Virus record (IMG/VR): IMGVR_UViG_3300043395_002017
Span: 1-56,661 of that record
Source of the DNA: a virus
Taxonomy: Duplodnaviria > Caudoviricetes
Length of the DNA stretch: 56,661 nt
Reading direction: 5' to 3' (one strand)
Below the pieces are notes generated by a model that worked only from the letters and a program-made list of their open reading frames with translations, did no database searches and had not been told where the DNA came from. This document shows, one piece after another, positions 8,641 through 18,490 of the stretch. How positions within the stretch are numbered: position 1 is the first letter of the stretch; the number at the start of each line of letters is the position of its first letter. Made by a program: the position numbers and the translations under genes.

Positions 8641-11600
8641 ATGCGTTTCGTACCTCTGAGCGAGGCAGAAACAACTACGGAACAACAACAAGCGCAGCCT
8701 AAACCCCTGCGCTTTGTTCCGCTAGACACTGCTGAAATAGCTCCCGCACCAAAGGCAAAGTTTGTGCCTGTAAGCGAGGCGCTTACGCCTGATGATATTC
8801 GCAAACAGGCAGAAGAAGATCGTAAACGCTATCGTGAACAAACCGGCCTAGCTCCTTCGACAACGGCTCCGGTTGAGGGCACTGGTGGTGCCGCCTTTGG
8901 TGTATTTGCTGTTCAAGGCAAACAGCGTCGTGAAAACATCGAAGCTCGAAAGGCTGCACAAGAGCCTAAGATTTCGATGGATGAACTCACCAATCGTGAC
9001 GATTATTTCTCCATTGCCAATCAATATATGAAGGCTGTCGGACAGCCAATGTTCGATGAGAAGAAAGAAAGCCGTAGAGACTTCATTGAACGCTTTTACA
9101 GCGAGCGGCGCTTTGCTGATTTCAATACCGTTCTCGGTACCATTCCTGAACTGGCAGCGCTAAAGAATTCCAATTTGGACACTCAAGAAGCCATTGCCCT
9201 TGGTCGAAGAATGTATGAGCAAGCAGAAAGTGCCGGTGCTCCGGGTGGACCGTCAGCACTTCGCGCCACATGGGACATTGTTAAGTCTGTTGCTACTGAC
9301 CCGTCAACCTATCTTGGTCTTGGTGCCGGTAAGGCGGTCTCTACAGGCGTTGTTCGCACTGGTGCAAAGAAGTTGTCTGAAGATGTTGCTACTCGTACTT
9401 TGGAAAAGCAGGCGTTGTCAAAGACAGCAAAGCGTGCAGAAGTTGGCGCATCTGCATTGACAGAAACAGCAGTGGCTGGTGCTGCTGACATCACTGCTCA
9501 GCGTGCAGAACGTGCTACAGCCGAAATTATGGGCGAGGAAGTGCCTGAGTATAGCGCCACTCGCACCGCAATCGTTTCTATACTGGGCGGCACACTCAGC
9601 GCTGCTGCATCTGCCAAAGCTACAAAGGCTCCGACGATTCGTGAGCGTGGTGAAATCATTTCCGACGAAATCACTCGTCGCAACATCACCCCCGCAAATC
9701 CGACAGCACCGCTAACAGAAGCTGAACAGCAAATTTCCAAGGCTTTGACGACAGACTTTGATGACGTGCATTCGCAGTATGTCAAAGCTTATGGCAAAGC
9801 GCTGTTGAATCAGCTTGACCCTGCAACGGCTGTCACCGACGCAAAGGTGCAGGAGCCGTATAGCCGCACGGCTGTCCGCGTTGCTTTGCAACTGATCAAA
9901 GACAATCCGACGCAATACGGCTTCAACCCTGCTAAAGAGCAAATCAGCGATGCCGTCTATCGCACGCTGTCGCAAGTCGATACCATTGACGATGTTGCCC
10001 TCGAAGCTGCTGTAAACAAGGCTGGTTTGCGTCCTGATCAGTTTGCGGCAATGATGAAGACGACGGTGTCTGAAGCTGCTAAGACGATGCAGGCATATTC
10101 TGCTGCGTCTCGTGTTGTCAATCGCATGCGTCAGATTGATTCGACATTCGATCAGCGCATGAAGGAGTTGTACAGCGTCGATAACGACGGTGTCAGCGCT
10201 TTGACAAAAGTCGGTGAAGGCATTCAGCGAGTCGAGCGCGAAAGTAAGGCACTCATCACTTCGGGTATTGACACGCTTGCTCGTAATTTGATTGGTAACA
10301 ACATTGCGTTGACCATCAAGACCGGTGTGCAAATGCTCGAAGGCTTGCGCTACAGCGTCGGCACTGCGCTTAGTGCAGCCGACGGCACTCGTGTTGCTAC
10401 ATTGAAGACCACGATGGGTGATGCGTTTAGCGATGCGTTGGGCACTTTCTATTATTTGCGCAATCGTGGGTTGGCAGAAGATGTCACGGAGAAAGTGCTT
10501 GAGAACAATCCTTCGTTGCTCAGTCGCATTAGCACCGCAACGCAAGATACTGAGATGGAGAATGTTAGTAGGCTTGCTAAATGGTCACAAACGCTCAACA
10601 ACGCAATGGACGGTATGTATCGGCGTGCATCGTTTGCATCTTCATTGGAGCGCGAACTGCGCCGTGTTGGCGTCGATTTGTACAAAGATGTGCTGGCACA
10701 GAACAAAGAGATTCCGGCGTCTGTGTTGAAGCGGTCAATGGACGAAGCGTTTAAGGACACCTTCTCGTATACACCTCAAATGTACGCAAAGTCGTTCTCG
10801 GCATTTGAAGATAGCTTTGAAAGAGTTGGAGCACAATTTGTTCGCATGGCGGAAGCGCCCGGTGCATCACTGGTGATTCCGTTCCCGCGCTTCGTTACCA
10901 ACGCCATTGCGTTCCAATACAAATACAGCCCGTTGGGCTTCATTGGTGCCACCGAATACGTCACGCAAGCGGCAAAGCTTCGTGCCGCCGGTCAGCTTGA
11001 TAAGGCCGAGATGGTGGCTCGTGAAGGTGCTACCAAAGCCATTCAAGCCACCGTCGGATTGGGAATGCTTGCTGCTGCCTACGACTATCGCGTGAACAAC
11101 CCTGACAAGCCGTGGTATCAATTGGGCGATGTTGACGTTCGTGCCATCTTCCCACTGTCGCCCTATCTCGGACTGGCAGATTGGCTTGCTCGCGATGTTG
11201 CCGGTGGTACAGGCAATGCTCCGACAAAGGAGATTGCTGAAAACATCATGGGCTTTAAGATGCCTGCCGGTAGTCAGAACAGTTTCCTCACCACCATTCA
11301 AGAGATGGCTGGTAGCGAAGAGAAGTGGGACAAAGTCGTTGAAGGGCTTGGTAAAGTTGCAGGCGACTTCATGGGTCGCTTCACGCAGCCGTTTGTTACC
11401 AAGCAAATTTTCGACCTAATCGATTTGATTCGTGGTGACGAAGCTGTAATGGCTCGCGACCCGAATGTGCTAACTGCTGAAACAGCCGGTGGAAAAGCTG
11501 TCGAGGCTGCTGCACAACGGGTACAAGCAAAACTTCCGGTTGTTAAAGAAGAGTTGCCACCCGCCATTGTTCGTTTCAAAGAACAAGAAACCCCGTCGAA

Positions 11601-12120
11601 GGAAGGTGAATTCTTCAATCGTATTGTTGGTTTCCGCACCATCCCGAATCCGACAGACGCCGAGAAAGAAATCAATAAGCACAGCACCGATCTGTTCAAG
11701 GTGTATGGTCGTCCCAGTGGCGATAAAGATTTTGACCGGGCATATATCAGCAACGTCAATGATTTTGCAATTAGCTTCGTAAACAGCGCCATTCGTCGTC
11801 CTGATTACAAAGAAGGCACTAGCGAAGAAAAGAAGATGATCATTGACAATGCTATCCGTGCTGCAACAGAGCGTGCTAAAGTAAAAACAGAAGGTCAATT
11901 CGCACAGGATTTCCCCGATAAAATTGATCGGATTCGTTATCTGCGCCTGTCGTCTGAAGAAAAGAAAATCGTTAATCAACGCTATGCAAAAGACAACAAC
12001 GGCAGGACGATGGAGGAAGACAAAGCCTATAAGCAGTTGCCGCTGTATTCAGACTTTGGTAACGTAAAATTTGCGATGGGCGGTGTGGTACAACAGATGC
12101 AACATTTGTTCGGAAGATAA
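8641..12120 (+). CDS. Large internal virion/ejection protein (LPD-like)
   Basis: 1159 aa helical protein with N-terminal RFVPL repeats and IPFPRF motif; near the end of the structural arm. Confidence 0.65.
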   Translation: MRFVPLSEAETTTEQQQAQPKPLRFVPLDTAEIAPAPKAKFVPVSEALTPDDIRKQAEEDRKRYREQTGLAPSTTAPVEGTGGAAFGVFAVQGKQRRENIEARKAAQEPKISMDELTNRDDYFSIANQYMKAVGQPMFDEKKESRRDFIERFYSERRFADFNTVLGTIPELAALKNSNLDTQEAIALGRRMYEQAESAGAPGGPSALRATWDIVKSVATDPSTYLGLGAGKAVSTGVVRTGAKKLSEDVATRTLEKQALSKTAKRAEVGASALTETAVAGAADITAQRAERATAEIMGEEVPEYSATRTAIVSILGGTLSAAASAKATKAPTIRERGEIISDEITRRNITPANPTAPLTEAEQQISKALTTDFDDVHSQYVKAYGKALLNQLDPATAVTDAKVQEPYSRTAVRVALQLIKDNPTQYGFNPAKEQISDAVYRTLSQVDTIDDVALEAAVNKAGLRPDQFAAMMKTTVSEAAKTMQAYSAASRVVNRMRQIDSTFDQRMKELYSVDNDGVSALTKVGEGIQRVERESKALITSGIDTLARNLIGNNIALTIKTGVQMLEGLRYSVGTALSAADGTRVATLKTTMGDAFSDALGTFYYLRNRGLAEDVTEKVLENNPSLLSRISTATQDTEMENVSRLAKWSQTLNNAMDGMYRRASFASSLERELRRVGVDLYKDVLAQNKEIPASVLKRSMDEAFKDTFSYTPQMYAKSFSAFEDSFERVGAQFVRMAEAPGASLVIPFPRFVTNAIAFQYKYSPLGFIGATEYVTQAAKLRAAGQLDKAEMVAREGATKAIQATVGLGMLAAAYDYRVNNPDKPWYQLGDVDVRAIFPLSPYLGLADWLARDVAGGTGNAPTKEIAENIMGFKMPAGSQNSFLTTIQEMAGSEEKWDKVVEGLGKVAGDFMGRFTQPFVTKQIFDLIDLIRGDEAVMARDPNVLTAETAGGKAVEAAAQRVQAKLPVVKEELPPAIVRFKEQETPSKEGEFFNRIVGFRTIPNPTDAEKEINKHSTDLFKVYGRPSGDKDFDRAYISNVNDFAISFVNSAIRRPDYKEGTSEEKKMIIDNAIRAATERAKVKTEGQFAQDFPDKIDRIRYLRLSSEEKKIVNQRYAKDNNGRTMEEDKAYKQLPLYSDFGNVKFAMGGVVQQMQHLFGR

Positions 12121-12122
12121 TC

Positions 12123-13874
12123 ATGGGACTTCTTTCAAAGGGCGCAAGTACACTTGCAAGTAAAACCACCGGCCTTGCCATTCGCAAGGCAACACCTCTT
12201 GTTGAAGAGGCGGCAGAGGGTGTTGTTGAAAAGACGCCTCTGGTGGCTCCTAAACGGGCGCTGAAGGCGACAAAAGCCACCGAGCCTACTCCGACCCCTG
12301 CTCAGGCTGTTGAAGCGCCTGAAGGCGAGCTTACGCTTTCCAATGCTGAAATGTTTGCCAAGCAACAAAGCGTTGCCAAACAAACCGAAGAAGCTCTACC
12401 TGCGCCCGCAAGCGAGTCTTGGTCACCCTACAGCTTTCCTAATAAAGTATTCACCGACGACCAATACTTTGCTGCTGAGATGGCGCTGGAGAATAGCTTT
12501 GCGATGGAAAGTTTGTACACGAAGCTGAAGGGCAACAAAGAAAAGTTTGCCAATGAGCTTCAGAAACAAGCGCAAAAGATGTTTGGCAAGAAAGGCGAAT
12601 CTGCCCCTGTTCCCTATGACATTCAGTCAAAGGCTAAGACGGTTGATGAAGCCATTGCCGAAGTAGAGGCTACAAAGGCTCAGAAGCCTGCTGCTGATAT
12701 CACCGGTGAAGAAGATGTTCTGCCGACTTCCACCATTGATCGGAAGAAAAGTATTTTCTCTGGAAAGCTTGGTACTAGCACTGGTCCTGATAGCAATAAA
12801 GTGTTGGAAGAGATTCGTCAACTACGCGAAGAAAACTATAAAATCTTGACGAATATGCCACAGGCTCAAAAGTTTGATGAGCCGGTGTTAGATGTGGCAC
12901 TTGGTGAATTTAGAAATAAGTACGGATATGAGTTTGATCCGGCAATTCGTCGAGATAGTAAACGCATTATCGGGCTAATGGAAGAAAAGCAGCAGGAATA
13001 TAATAGGCTGAAAAAGAAATATGCTGATACCCCTGACATTTCCATTTATCATGGTGGCAGCGACTTGAAAATTGCTTCAATCGAAGCGGAAGGATTCCGT
13101 CGTCCTTCACTTTCTAAGCGTACAGCGCAACAAGAACTTCGTACTGGATCAACGTCGCTGACGCGAGACATTGCTTTGAACTTCAATCCGGCAACGGGCT
13201 TTGGTGGTAAGGCAGAAAATGTTCTTGAAAAGAAGATTCCGTATGCTGAGTATGCGTTCACTCGCGTGAATATGTCGCCCACCGAATATCGCAACAAAGA
13301 CTTAGACGCCACTGCTCGCACCATCACTGGTTCACCAACGGGCGCTCGCGCTCTTCAGCTTCCTCGTACTTCTGGTTTCTTTGAAACTGAGTCGGCCTAT
13401 ATCGAATCCGATAAGCTGAAGATGGCAAGAAATCCTGAAGAACTTTCAAAGAAGAAAGACATTATCGATGAGTTTACGGAAAGAAAGCGTAAGCTTCAGG
13501 ACGAGCTAACAGACCTTGCGGCAAAGAATGTTTACACAAAAACTCTTTCGAAAAAAGAGGTGATGACGGGATATAAACTCATTAAAGAATATATTGATAA
13601 CGCAGGTAAACTGGCAAAAGTATCAAATGTTCGAAGCGGCATTGGTGAATCATATGAAAACGCAATGGCGTCATTGTTTTATCGACAAGACTATTTAAAA
13701 CTGTTGAGGGATTCACTAACACAATATGATCTACCGGAAAAAGCTGGTAATATTTCACAGCTAATTAATATATCAGAACGTGGTTTAAATCTTGGTAGCG
13801 ATACCAAGATCGGTAGTGACATGTTAAAGCTAGCCGACAAATTCAAAGACGGTGGTCTAGTCCGACGCAAATGA
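12123..13874 (+). CDS. Putative virion protein with ADP-ribosyltransferase-like domain
   Basis: IYHGG...SIEAEGF...STSLT...FETE pattern matches ART core strands; last gene of late arm. Confidence 0.55.
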   Translation: MGLLSKGASTLASKTTGLAIRKATPLVEEAAEGVVEKTPLVAPKRALKATKATEPTPTPAQAVEAPEGELTLSNAEMFAKQQSVAKQTEEALPAPASESWSPYSFPNKVFTDDQYFAAEMALENSFAMESLYTKLKGNKEKFANELQKQAQKMFGKKGESAPVPYDIQSKAKTVDEAIAEVEATKAQKPAADITGEEDVLPTSTIDRKKSIFSGKLGTSTGPDSNKVLEEIRQLREENYKILTNMPQAQKFDEPVLDVALGEFRNKYGYEFDPAIRRDSKRIIGLMEEKQQEYNRLKKKYADTPDISIYHGGSDLKIASIEAEGFRRPSLSKRTAQQELRTGSTSLTRDIALNFNPATGFGGKAENVLEKKIPYAEYAFTRVNMSPTEYRNKDLDATARTITGSPTGARALQLPRTSGFFETESAYIESDKLKMARNPEELSKKKDIIDEFTERKRKLQDELTDLAAKNVYTKTLSKKEVMTGYKLIKEYIDNAGKLAKVSNVRSGIGESYENAMASLFYRQDYLKLLRDSLTQYDLPEKAGNISQLINISERGLNLGSDTKIGSDMLKLADKFKDGGLVRRK

Positions 13875-13899
13875 AAAAGCCCCCGAAAGGGGGCTTGTT
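13874..13899. terminator. Bidirectional intrinsic terminator at convergence of the two arms
   Basis: aaaaagcccc-cgaaag-ggggctt hairpin with A tract on the left and ttgtt on the right. Confidence 0.85.
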
Positions 13900-13901
13900 G
13901 T

Positions 13902-13975
13902 TGGTGCCTCGTGACAGAATTGAACTGCCGACCTCGGACTACAAAACCGATGTTATACCGTTTAACTAACGAGGC
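13902..13975 (-). tRNA. tRNA-Thr (UGU)
   Basis: Cloverleaf: acceptor GCCTCGT/ACGAGGC, D arm GTTA/TAAC, anticodon loop TTTGTAG, T arm GGCAG-TTCAATT-CTGTC, encoded CCA. Confidence 0.92.
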
Positions 13976-14172
13976 TATTGAAGCAGTCCTGCACTGAACT
14001 CACCGTTCGGTATCTCTTCATCGTCATCGATGTCAAGATCGTCAACCGCATGCAAAGTCTCAATAAGAAGCTGCATTGTCTGTTCTTTTGTAAGCCCGCT
14101 GCTCACCTTTAAATCAAGCGAGTCAGCGGTGGCACTGATGACAATGGTGCCGGTGATATCATCGTTCTCCAC
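13975..14172 (-). CDS. Hypothetical acidic protein
   Basis: ORF fills the gap between tRNA and upstream gene. Confidence 0.6.
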   Translation of the reverse strand: MENDDITGTIVISATADSLDLKVSSGLTKEQTMQLLIETLHAVDDLDIDDDEEIPNGEFSAGLLQ

Positions 14173-14344
14173 TTTGCTTCTTTCGGTCTAGGTTGTCGAA
14201 ATAGGCGCGATCAAAACCTCGCTGCCACTCTTTGCCCTTGAGGCTGTCGGTGTTGTACTTCGACACAATCCATCCACGAGAGAAGGCATAGTAGCCTTCC
14301 TTGAAGGCGAAGGCGGATTCCTTAGAAATGAACTCTTTGTTCAT
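14159..14344 (-). CDS. Ribosome modulation factor (Rmf)-like small protein
   Basis: AFKEGYYAF...Y...EWQRGF pattern. Confidence 0.45.
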   Translation of the reverse strand: MNKEFISKESAFAFKEGYYAFSRGWIVSKYNTDSLKGKEWQRGFDRAYFDNLDRKKQSGER

Positions 14345-14829
14345 AGCATTTCTTTCAGTTGCGAAATAGGAAGATTGTAACAGTCTGCTTTGACAACATA
14401 CTTGTTGTCAGCATCCAATTGTCCTTTCTTCATAAACACAGCGTCTTTAAAGAACTGACTCTTTGAGTATACGCCACACCACCACCCCACTGTCAAGTCT
14501 TTCTTGATGCGAATAAACACATAATAGTCGCATTGCTGCTTCGTGTTGAAGTTGGCAACGCTGTTGCTGTAGTGTGGTAGCGGAGCAACAGAGGTTGACT
14601 TCGTTTTTACATCTACTTTGATGCCATCTACGACAAGATCGTAGTCGTATGTGTTTTCCTCGACAACCTTCTTTCCGGAATTACGCAGCACGTGTGCAGC
14701 CACTTCCTCGCCAATGAAGCCAACAAGGTTGCCCATGCCGCCTGTGATGCTGTTGTTGAGCCTGCCCATCTCCTTTGCCTTTTTACGGGCGCGATTGATC
14801 ATGCTGTCTGTAATATCTACTTCAATCAT
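14341..14829 (-). CDS. PD-(D/E)XK nuclease-like protein
   Basis: GFIGE...YDYDL...VDVKTK; likely start MIEVDI at 14829. Confidence 0.65.
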   Translation of the reverse strand: MIEVDITDSMINRARKKAKEMGRLNNSITGGMGNLVGFIGEEVAAHVLRNSGKKVVEENTYDYDLVVDGIKVDVKTKSTSVAPLPHYSNSVANFNTKQQCDYYVFIRIKKDLTVGWWCGVYSKSQFFKDAVFMKKGQLDADNKYVVKADCYNLPISQLKEML

Positions 14830-15025
14830 CTGCCATCTCCCGACGATCCATAAATTCACCAATGTGAATCGTCAGGAAAGGCACCTTAATCAGCAAGCCA
14901 ACAAAGCATAGCAATATCTCTTCTTCCCTTCCCTTGTCATCAATTGCTCCGGCACGGTAACAAATCTCTTCGTTGTGTTCAATGTCGAGTCCTATACCAA
15001 GGCGAGGACGAACCAAGATTTCCAT
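14822..15025 (-). CDS. Hypothetical protein
   Basis: RBS aggag before MEILVRPR at 15025. Confidence 0.6.
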   Translation of the reverse strand: MEILVRPRLGIGLDIEHNEEICYRAGAIDDKGREEEILLCFVGLLIKVPFLTIHIGEFMDRREMADD

Positions 15026-15039
15026 TCTGTTGCTCCTAG

Positions 15040-15072
15040 AAAAAAGCCGCTGAAGGTTTCCCAACAGCGGCT
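15040..15072 (-). terminator. Intrinsic terminator after RNR
   Basis: agccgctg...cagcggct stem followed by T tract on the - strand. Confidence 0.75.
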
Positions 15073-15081
15073 GTGAGTATA

Positions 15082-16995
15082 TCAGCGAATGGGACAAGCG
15101 CCAGTTGCGCAATCATCCTCTAAACCGATATTGGCTTCATCGACAGCAGTGATGAGTCGAGTGTTTGCTACCAATTCGTTGTATTGCTCTTCGGTGATTT
15201 CTTCGAGCGGAGCCTGCTTAAAACCGTGTTCGGAATGCAACAGGAACGACAAACTCTTGTGAGAATTCTTGTAATACTTCTTCAAGTATTTCCGAATCTC
15301 AGGAAGCTCTTCCTTACGATAGTAGACGGTGCAGCTAACGCTGTTGTCGCTCCAATTCTCTTGCAGCCATTTAATCGTCTCAAGCTGATCGATGGCAGTC
15401 ATGTCCTTCGCCAACACCGCGTGGTCGGGATGACGGAAGGGGAACGACACCACCACGGTGCTGTGGTCTTCGCTACCGTCGAAGTTCTGCTGATACTCGA
15501 CGTGGTAGCCGTGGTCACGACACACCTGCACAAGCGGGTGGTTGCTGCTGATACGGATACGCCGAATCATGAAGCGAGCGTAGGCAGGATGGCATCCCGG
15601 CGTAACACCCGGCAACAACGACAGCGTGCCCGAGGGCTTCACCGTGGTCAGCTTCACCGACTCGGGGAAGTTGTGCTCAGCGCTGTACTCCTTGTCGAAG
15701 GCACGAAGCTCTTCATACGCCCGACGCAGCCAACTCTTCTGCTCTTCCGTTGCCTGCAACACGCCCGTGACGCCAATGCCCATGCGCATGTTGGCATGCA
15801 CAATAGCTTCCGTTTCCTTCAGGTGGCACGGCAGCGCAAGCGAATGCTTGTTGATGCGATAGAGCAACGTTGCCACGTCGATGAATTCTTCGTAGCTCGT
15901 GATGTTGGGCAGGAAAATTTCTGCAAGGCAGCAGGTTTCCTTGTCAGCAAGGCTTTGCTCAGCACAGGGGTTGTAGCCCTGCACCTTTGGGTCGGGATAG
16001 CGGGTGTCGCCGAGCAGTCCAATCTTGCGCGACAGCTTCAGGTTGATGAGTCCATACGGCTCGCCCTTGCCCTCGTAGCCGTCCCAAAAGAAGTCGTGAA
16101 GGTCGGTCACGTCGTGGCACACCACGCTGTTGTTCGACATTGCACGCCACGACGGGATGTTGCCCATATCCCAACGCTTTGCCAATAGGTATTCGACGTC
16201 GTCAGGATCACCAATAGCGATCTGTGCCGAGCGACGAACGTTGCCTGCAACCACGACAGCGCCGATGATGTTCATCATATCAAGCGCGTCGATGGGCCGG
16301 ATTTTCTTACCGGCACGCTTTTCCAGCACCTTGCCAATCTCGGTGATGCCCCACACCAAATCTTCAGGACCGGATGCGGTGCCGCCAAAGCCTTTAATCG
16401 GAGCGCCCTTAGAGCGGATGAGTTGCGTCGAGTAGGTGAAAGTTTGCTTGCCGCTCTTATGCGCAAGGAAAGCAGCCTTGAGCGTCTTGCCGAGCAGCGC
16501 CACCCATCCCTCACGGCTGTCAGGGACGATGAAATCAGCGTCAGGTAGGTCAGTGCGCACCGGCACCTTGAAATCAACATTGACCGGGGGAAGCTTATCG
16601 ATGTTATCTTTTTGGATGTTGTAGCCAACGCCGCTTCCCAACATCAGCAAGTCCATTGCCCACGTGAACGGCTCAACCGGCTTGTCAACGACGGTGAAGG
16701 CGCAGTTTTGCAGCGACGACAAACCCAGACGTCCGACAGTGTCGGTGCCAAGTTGCCAAAGGAATCGTCCTGCAACAGTGCCCTTCAGTTCGAGCATATA
16801 GCGCTTCAGGCGCGTTTTTTCGTCGTAGGTGAAGCCACACCCTAGCTGCTCGTTAGAAGCGTTCAAAACGCGATCTACGGTGTCTTCAAATTCTTCGGTA
16901 GCGCTAGTAACATCTTGTTCGTTAAGACGGCGAGAGTAAGTGCGCTTGTAGGTGAGGTAGCCAACAGATGACCACGGGGTGTTGATTTTTTCCAT
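15082..16995 (-). CDS. nrdJ: Class II (adenosylcobalamin-dependent) ribonucleotide reductase, monomeric RTPR type
   Basis: NCAF, GNVRRSAQIAIG, NPCAE, TCCLAE, TTVKPSGT, C-terminal CATGACPIR; no beta subunit gene. Confidence 0.93.
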   Translation of the reverse strand: MEKINTPWSSVGYLTYKRTYSRRLNEQDVTSATEEFEDTVDRVLNASNEQLGCGFTYDEKTRLKRYMLELKGTVAGRFLWQLGTDTVGRLGLSSLQNCAFTVVDKPVEPFTWAMDLLMLGSGVGYNIQKDNIDKLPPVNVDFKVPVRTDLPDADFIVPDSREGWVALLGKTLKAAFLAHKSGKQTFTYSTQLIRSKGAPIKGFGGTASGPEDLVWGITEIGKVLEKRAGKKIRPIDALDMMNIIGAVVVAGNVRRSAQIAIGDPDDVEYLLAKRWDMGNIPSWRAMSNNSVVCHDVTDLHDFFWDGYEGKGEPYGLINLKLSRKIGLLGDTRYPDPKVQGYNPCAEQSLADKETCCLAEIFLPNITSYEEFIDVATLLYRINKHSLALPCHLKETEAIVHANMRMGIGVTGVLQATEEQKSWLRRAYEELRAFDKEYSAEHNFPESVKLTTVKPSGTLSLLPGVTPGCHPAYARFMIRRIRISSNHPLVQVCRDHGYHVEYQQNFDGSEDHSTVVVSFPFRHPDHAVLAKDMTAIDQLETIKWLQENWSDNSVSCTVYYRKEELPEIRKYLKKYYKNSHKSLSFLLHSEHGFKQAPLEEITEEQYNELVANTRLITAVDEANIGLEDDCATGACPIR

Positions 16996-17064
16996 ATTTT
17001 CCTTTGGTTAGAGACGAAAACGCCGACGTGATGTCGGCGTCGGGGGTGGATGTTATAGCAAAAG

Positions 17065-17385
17065 CTACCGATTGTCGCCGCTGCCCCCAATAACGCCACG
17101 GTCTTTTCGACTTTGCAGCTTAGCAAGATTCGCGCCAGCTACGTCCTGTAGGCTAAATCCGTTATAAAAAGCAATGGTGGCGACAAACCAAAGAATGTCA
17201 CCAAGCTCTTTACGGATGGCAATGGGATCACTGTTCTTTCCATCACGCACCTGCTTTGCAAACAAGCTCAGAAGCTCACCAACTTCACCGGCAAGACCCG
17301 GTAGCAGGTAGGCATTGGTCTTTGCAGACGGCAGCGCTAGCTTCCACGCCTCTTCTTGATAGGTGTCGAAGTTAAACTCCATCAT
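17065..17385 (-). CDS. mazG: MazG-like NTP pyrophosphohydrolase
   Basis: GLAGEVGE...KELGDILWF...NLAKLQSR...GSGDNR. Confidence 0.9.
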   Translation of the reverse strand: MMEFNFDTYQEEAWKLALPSAKTNAYLLPGLAGEVGELLSLFAKQVRDGKNSDPIAIRKELGDILWFVATIAFYNGFSLQDVAGANLAKLQSRKDRGVIGGSGDNR

Positions 17386-18004
17386 AGGCTCCAAAGATGT
17401 TAGGGATGTGGTCAGCCAAAACTGCTTTGCATTGCTGTGCAATTTCACGGTGTTCCTTTTGCGTTGACGGATCAGTACGCACTTCGATGAAATGCAACCA
17501 ACTGCGGATGGTGCCGCTCATGTACATGCGACTTGTCGTCAGCCCTTCAGGCAACACCTTGCGAGCCACTTCTTTGGCAATACCAACGTTCAAAGCGTTC
17601 TCATATGCCTTCTTAGCGGCACGGATGACGTCTTGTTGTTGTTCTTGCCAAAAGCGGTGTAGCTCTCGGTCTTGCACTTCAATGCTGTTCTGACGGTTTT
17701 TCTCGTCTTGTAGTCGAACTTCAGAAAATTCATAACCATTTGCCACTGCGTAGCGTTGACTGAATTCTTGGAAGCTGAAACTGCGGTGACGAAGTATCTG
17801 ACGGGCAATGTCACGGGTCGTCTCAATCTCAAGACAGGCTGACGCCATCTCAAACGGACTCCAATGCTTATGCTTCATGAGATATTTCAGCAGCTTTGGA
17901 GCCGTCGCCTCGTTGTTTTGATTCGCCGGGTTACTGACGCGAGCGCAATAGGCAATGGCTCGTTCGGCATCCGGCGTAATCCACACAAGCTTGACGCTGC
18001 TCAT
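17372..18004 (-). CDS. thyX: Flavin-dependent thymidylate synthase
   Basis: HWSPFE, RQILRHRSFSFQEFSQRY, TQKEHR. Confidence 0.97.
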   Translation of the reverse strand: MSSVKLVWITPDAERAIAYCARVSNPANQNNEATAPKLLKYLMKHKHWSPFEMASACLEIETTRDIARQILRHRSFSFQEFSQRYAVANGYEFSEVRLQDEKNRQNSIEVQDRELHRFWQEQQQDVIRAAKKAYENALNVGIAKEVARKVLPEGLTTSRMYMSGTIRSWLHFIEVRTDPSTQKEHREIAQQCKAVLADHIPNIFGAYDGV

Positions 18005-18294
18005 TCGTCGTTACCACCGTAGCTTTCTTTTTCGGTGTCGTATTCTTCCATGATAAATTCGCGAACAGATTTTGTAGTAACTTCGTCACGAATGTCATAT
18101 CCGAAAACAGATGACAGGAAGTTTAGAAACCGAGAATGAATCTCTGTCCAAAACATAGTGTCATCATCGTGTCGAGCATTGAATCGATATTCAATGTGTC
18201 GTCCGTCTTCAGGATTTACATAGATGAATGTGTACGTTCCGTTTGCGTTGTCATCAAAAAAAGGATTACGGCTCATTTTTGTTTTCTCCTTCAA
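18001..18294 (-). CDS. Hypothetical protein
   Basis: Contiguous ORF; start may be at MSRNPF. Confidence 0.6.
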   Translation of the reverse strand: MKEKTKMSRNPFFDDNANGTYTFIYVNPEDGRHIEYRFNARHDDDTMFWTEIHSRFLNFLSSVFGYDIRDEVTTKSVREFIMEEYDTEKESYGGNDE

Positions 18295-18490
18295 ACAAAT
18301 CTGTTTGTGTGTCGTCTTGCGGCATCACTTCACCCTTCACCGCAAGCTTCTTTCCTTCTTCAATGCCGCGCTTCAAGCTTTCAATAATTGCAAATCGCAT
18401 CAGCGCTTGACGCTCTTCGTCAGTCATGTCAAAGGTGTAGTCAGCGCTACCATCTTCATTTTCACGAATCAGTTTAACGTCCATCTTCAA
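18266..18490 (-). CDS. Hypothetical protein
   Basis: ENEDGSA motif common in small phage proteins. Confidence 0.65.
   Translation of the reverse strand: MKMDVKLIRENEDGSADYTFDMTDEERQALMRFAIIESLKRGIEEGKKLAVKGEVMPQDDTQTDLFEGENKNEP

Noticed and set aside
15184-16188. Long antisense ORFs (also 7087-8064, 9712-10545, 30465-31268, 48464-49492)
   Set aside because: Shadows of codon-biased genes on the opposite strand; no RBS or motifs
16996-17064. Cobalamin riboswitch upstream of nrdJ
   Set aside because: Intergenic space is only ~70 nt with a single hairpin
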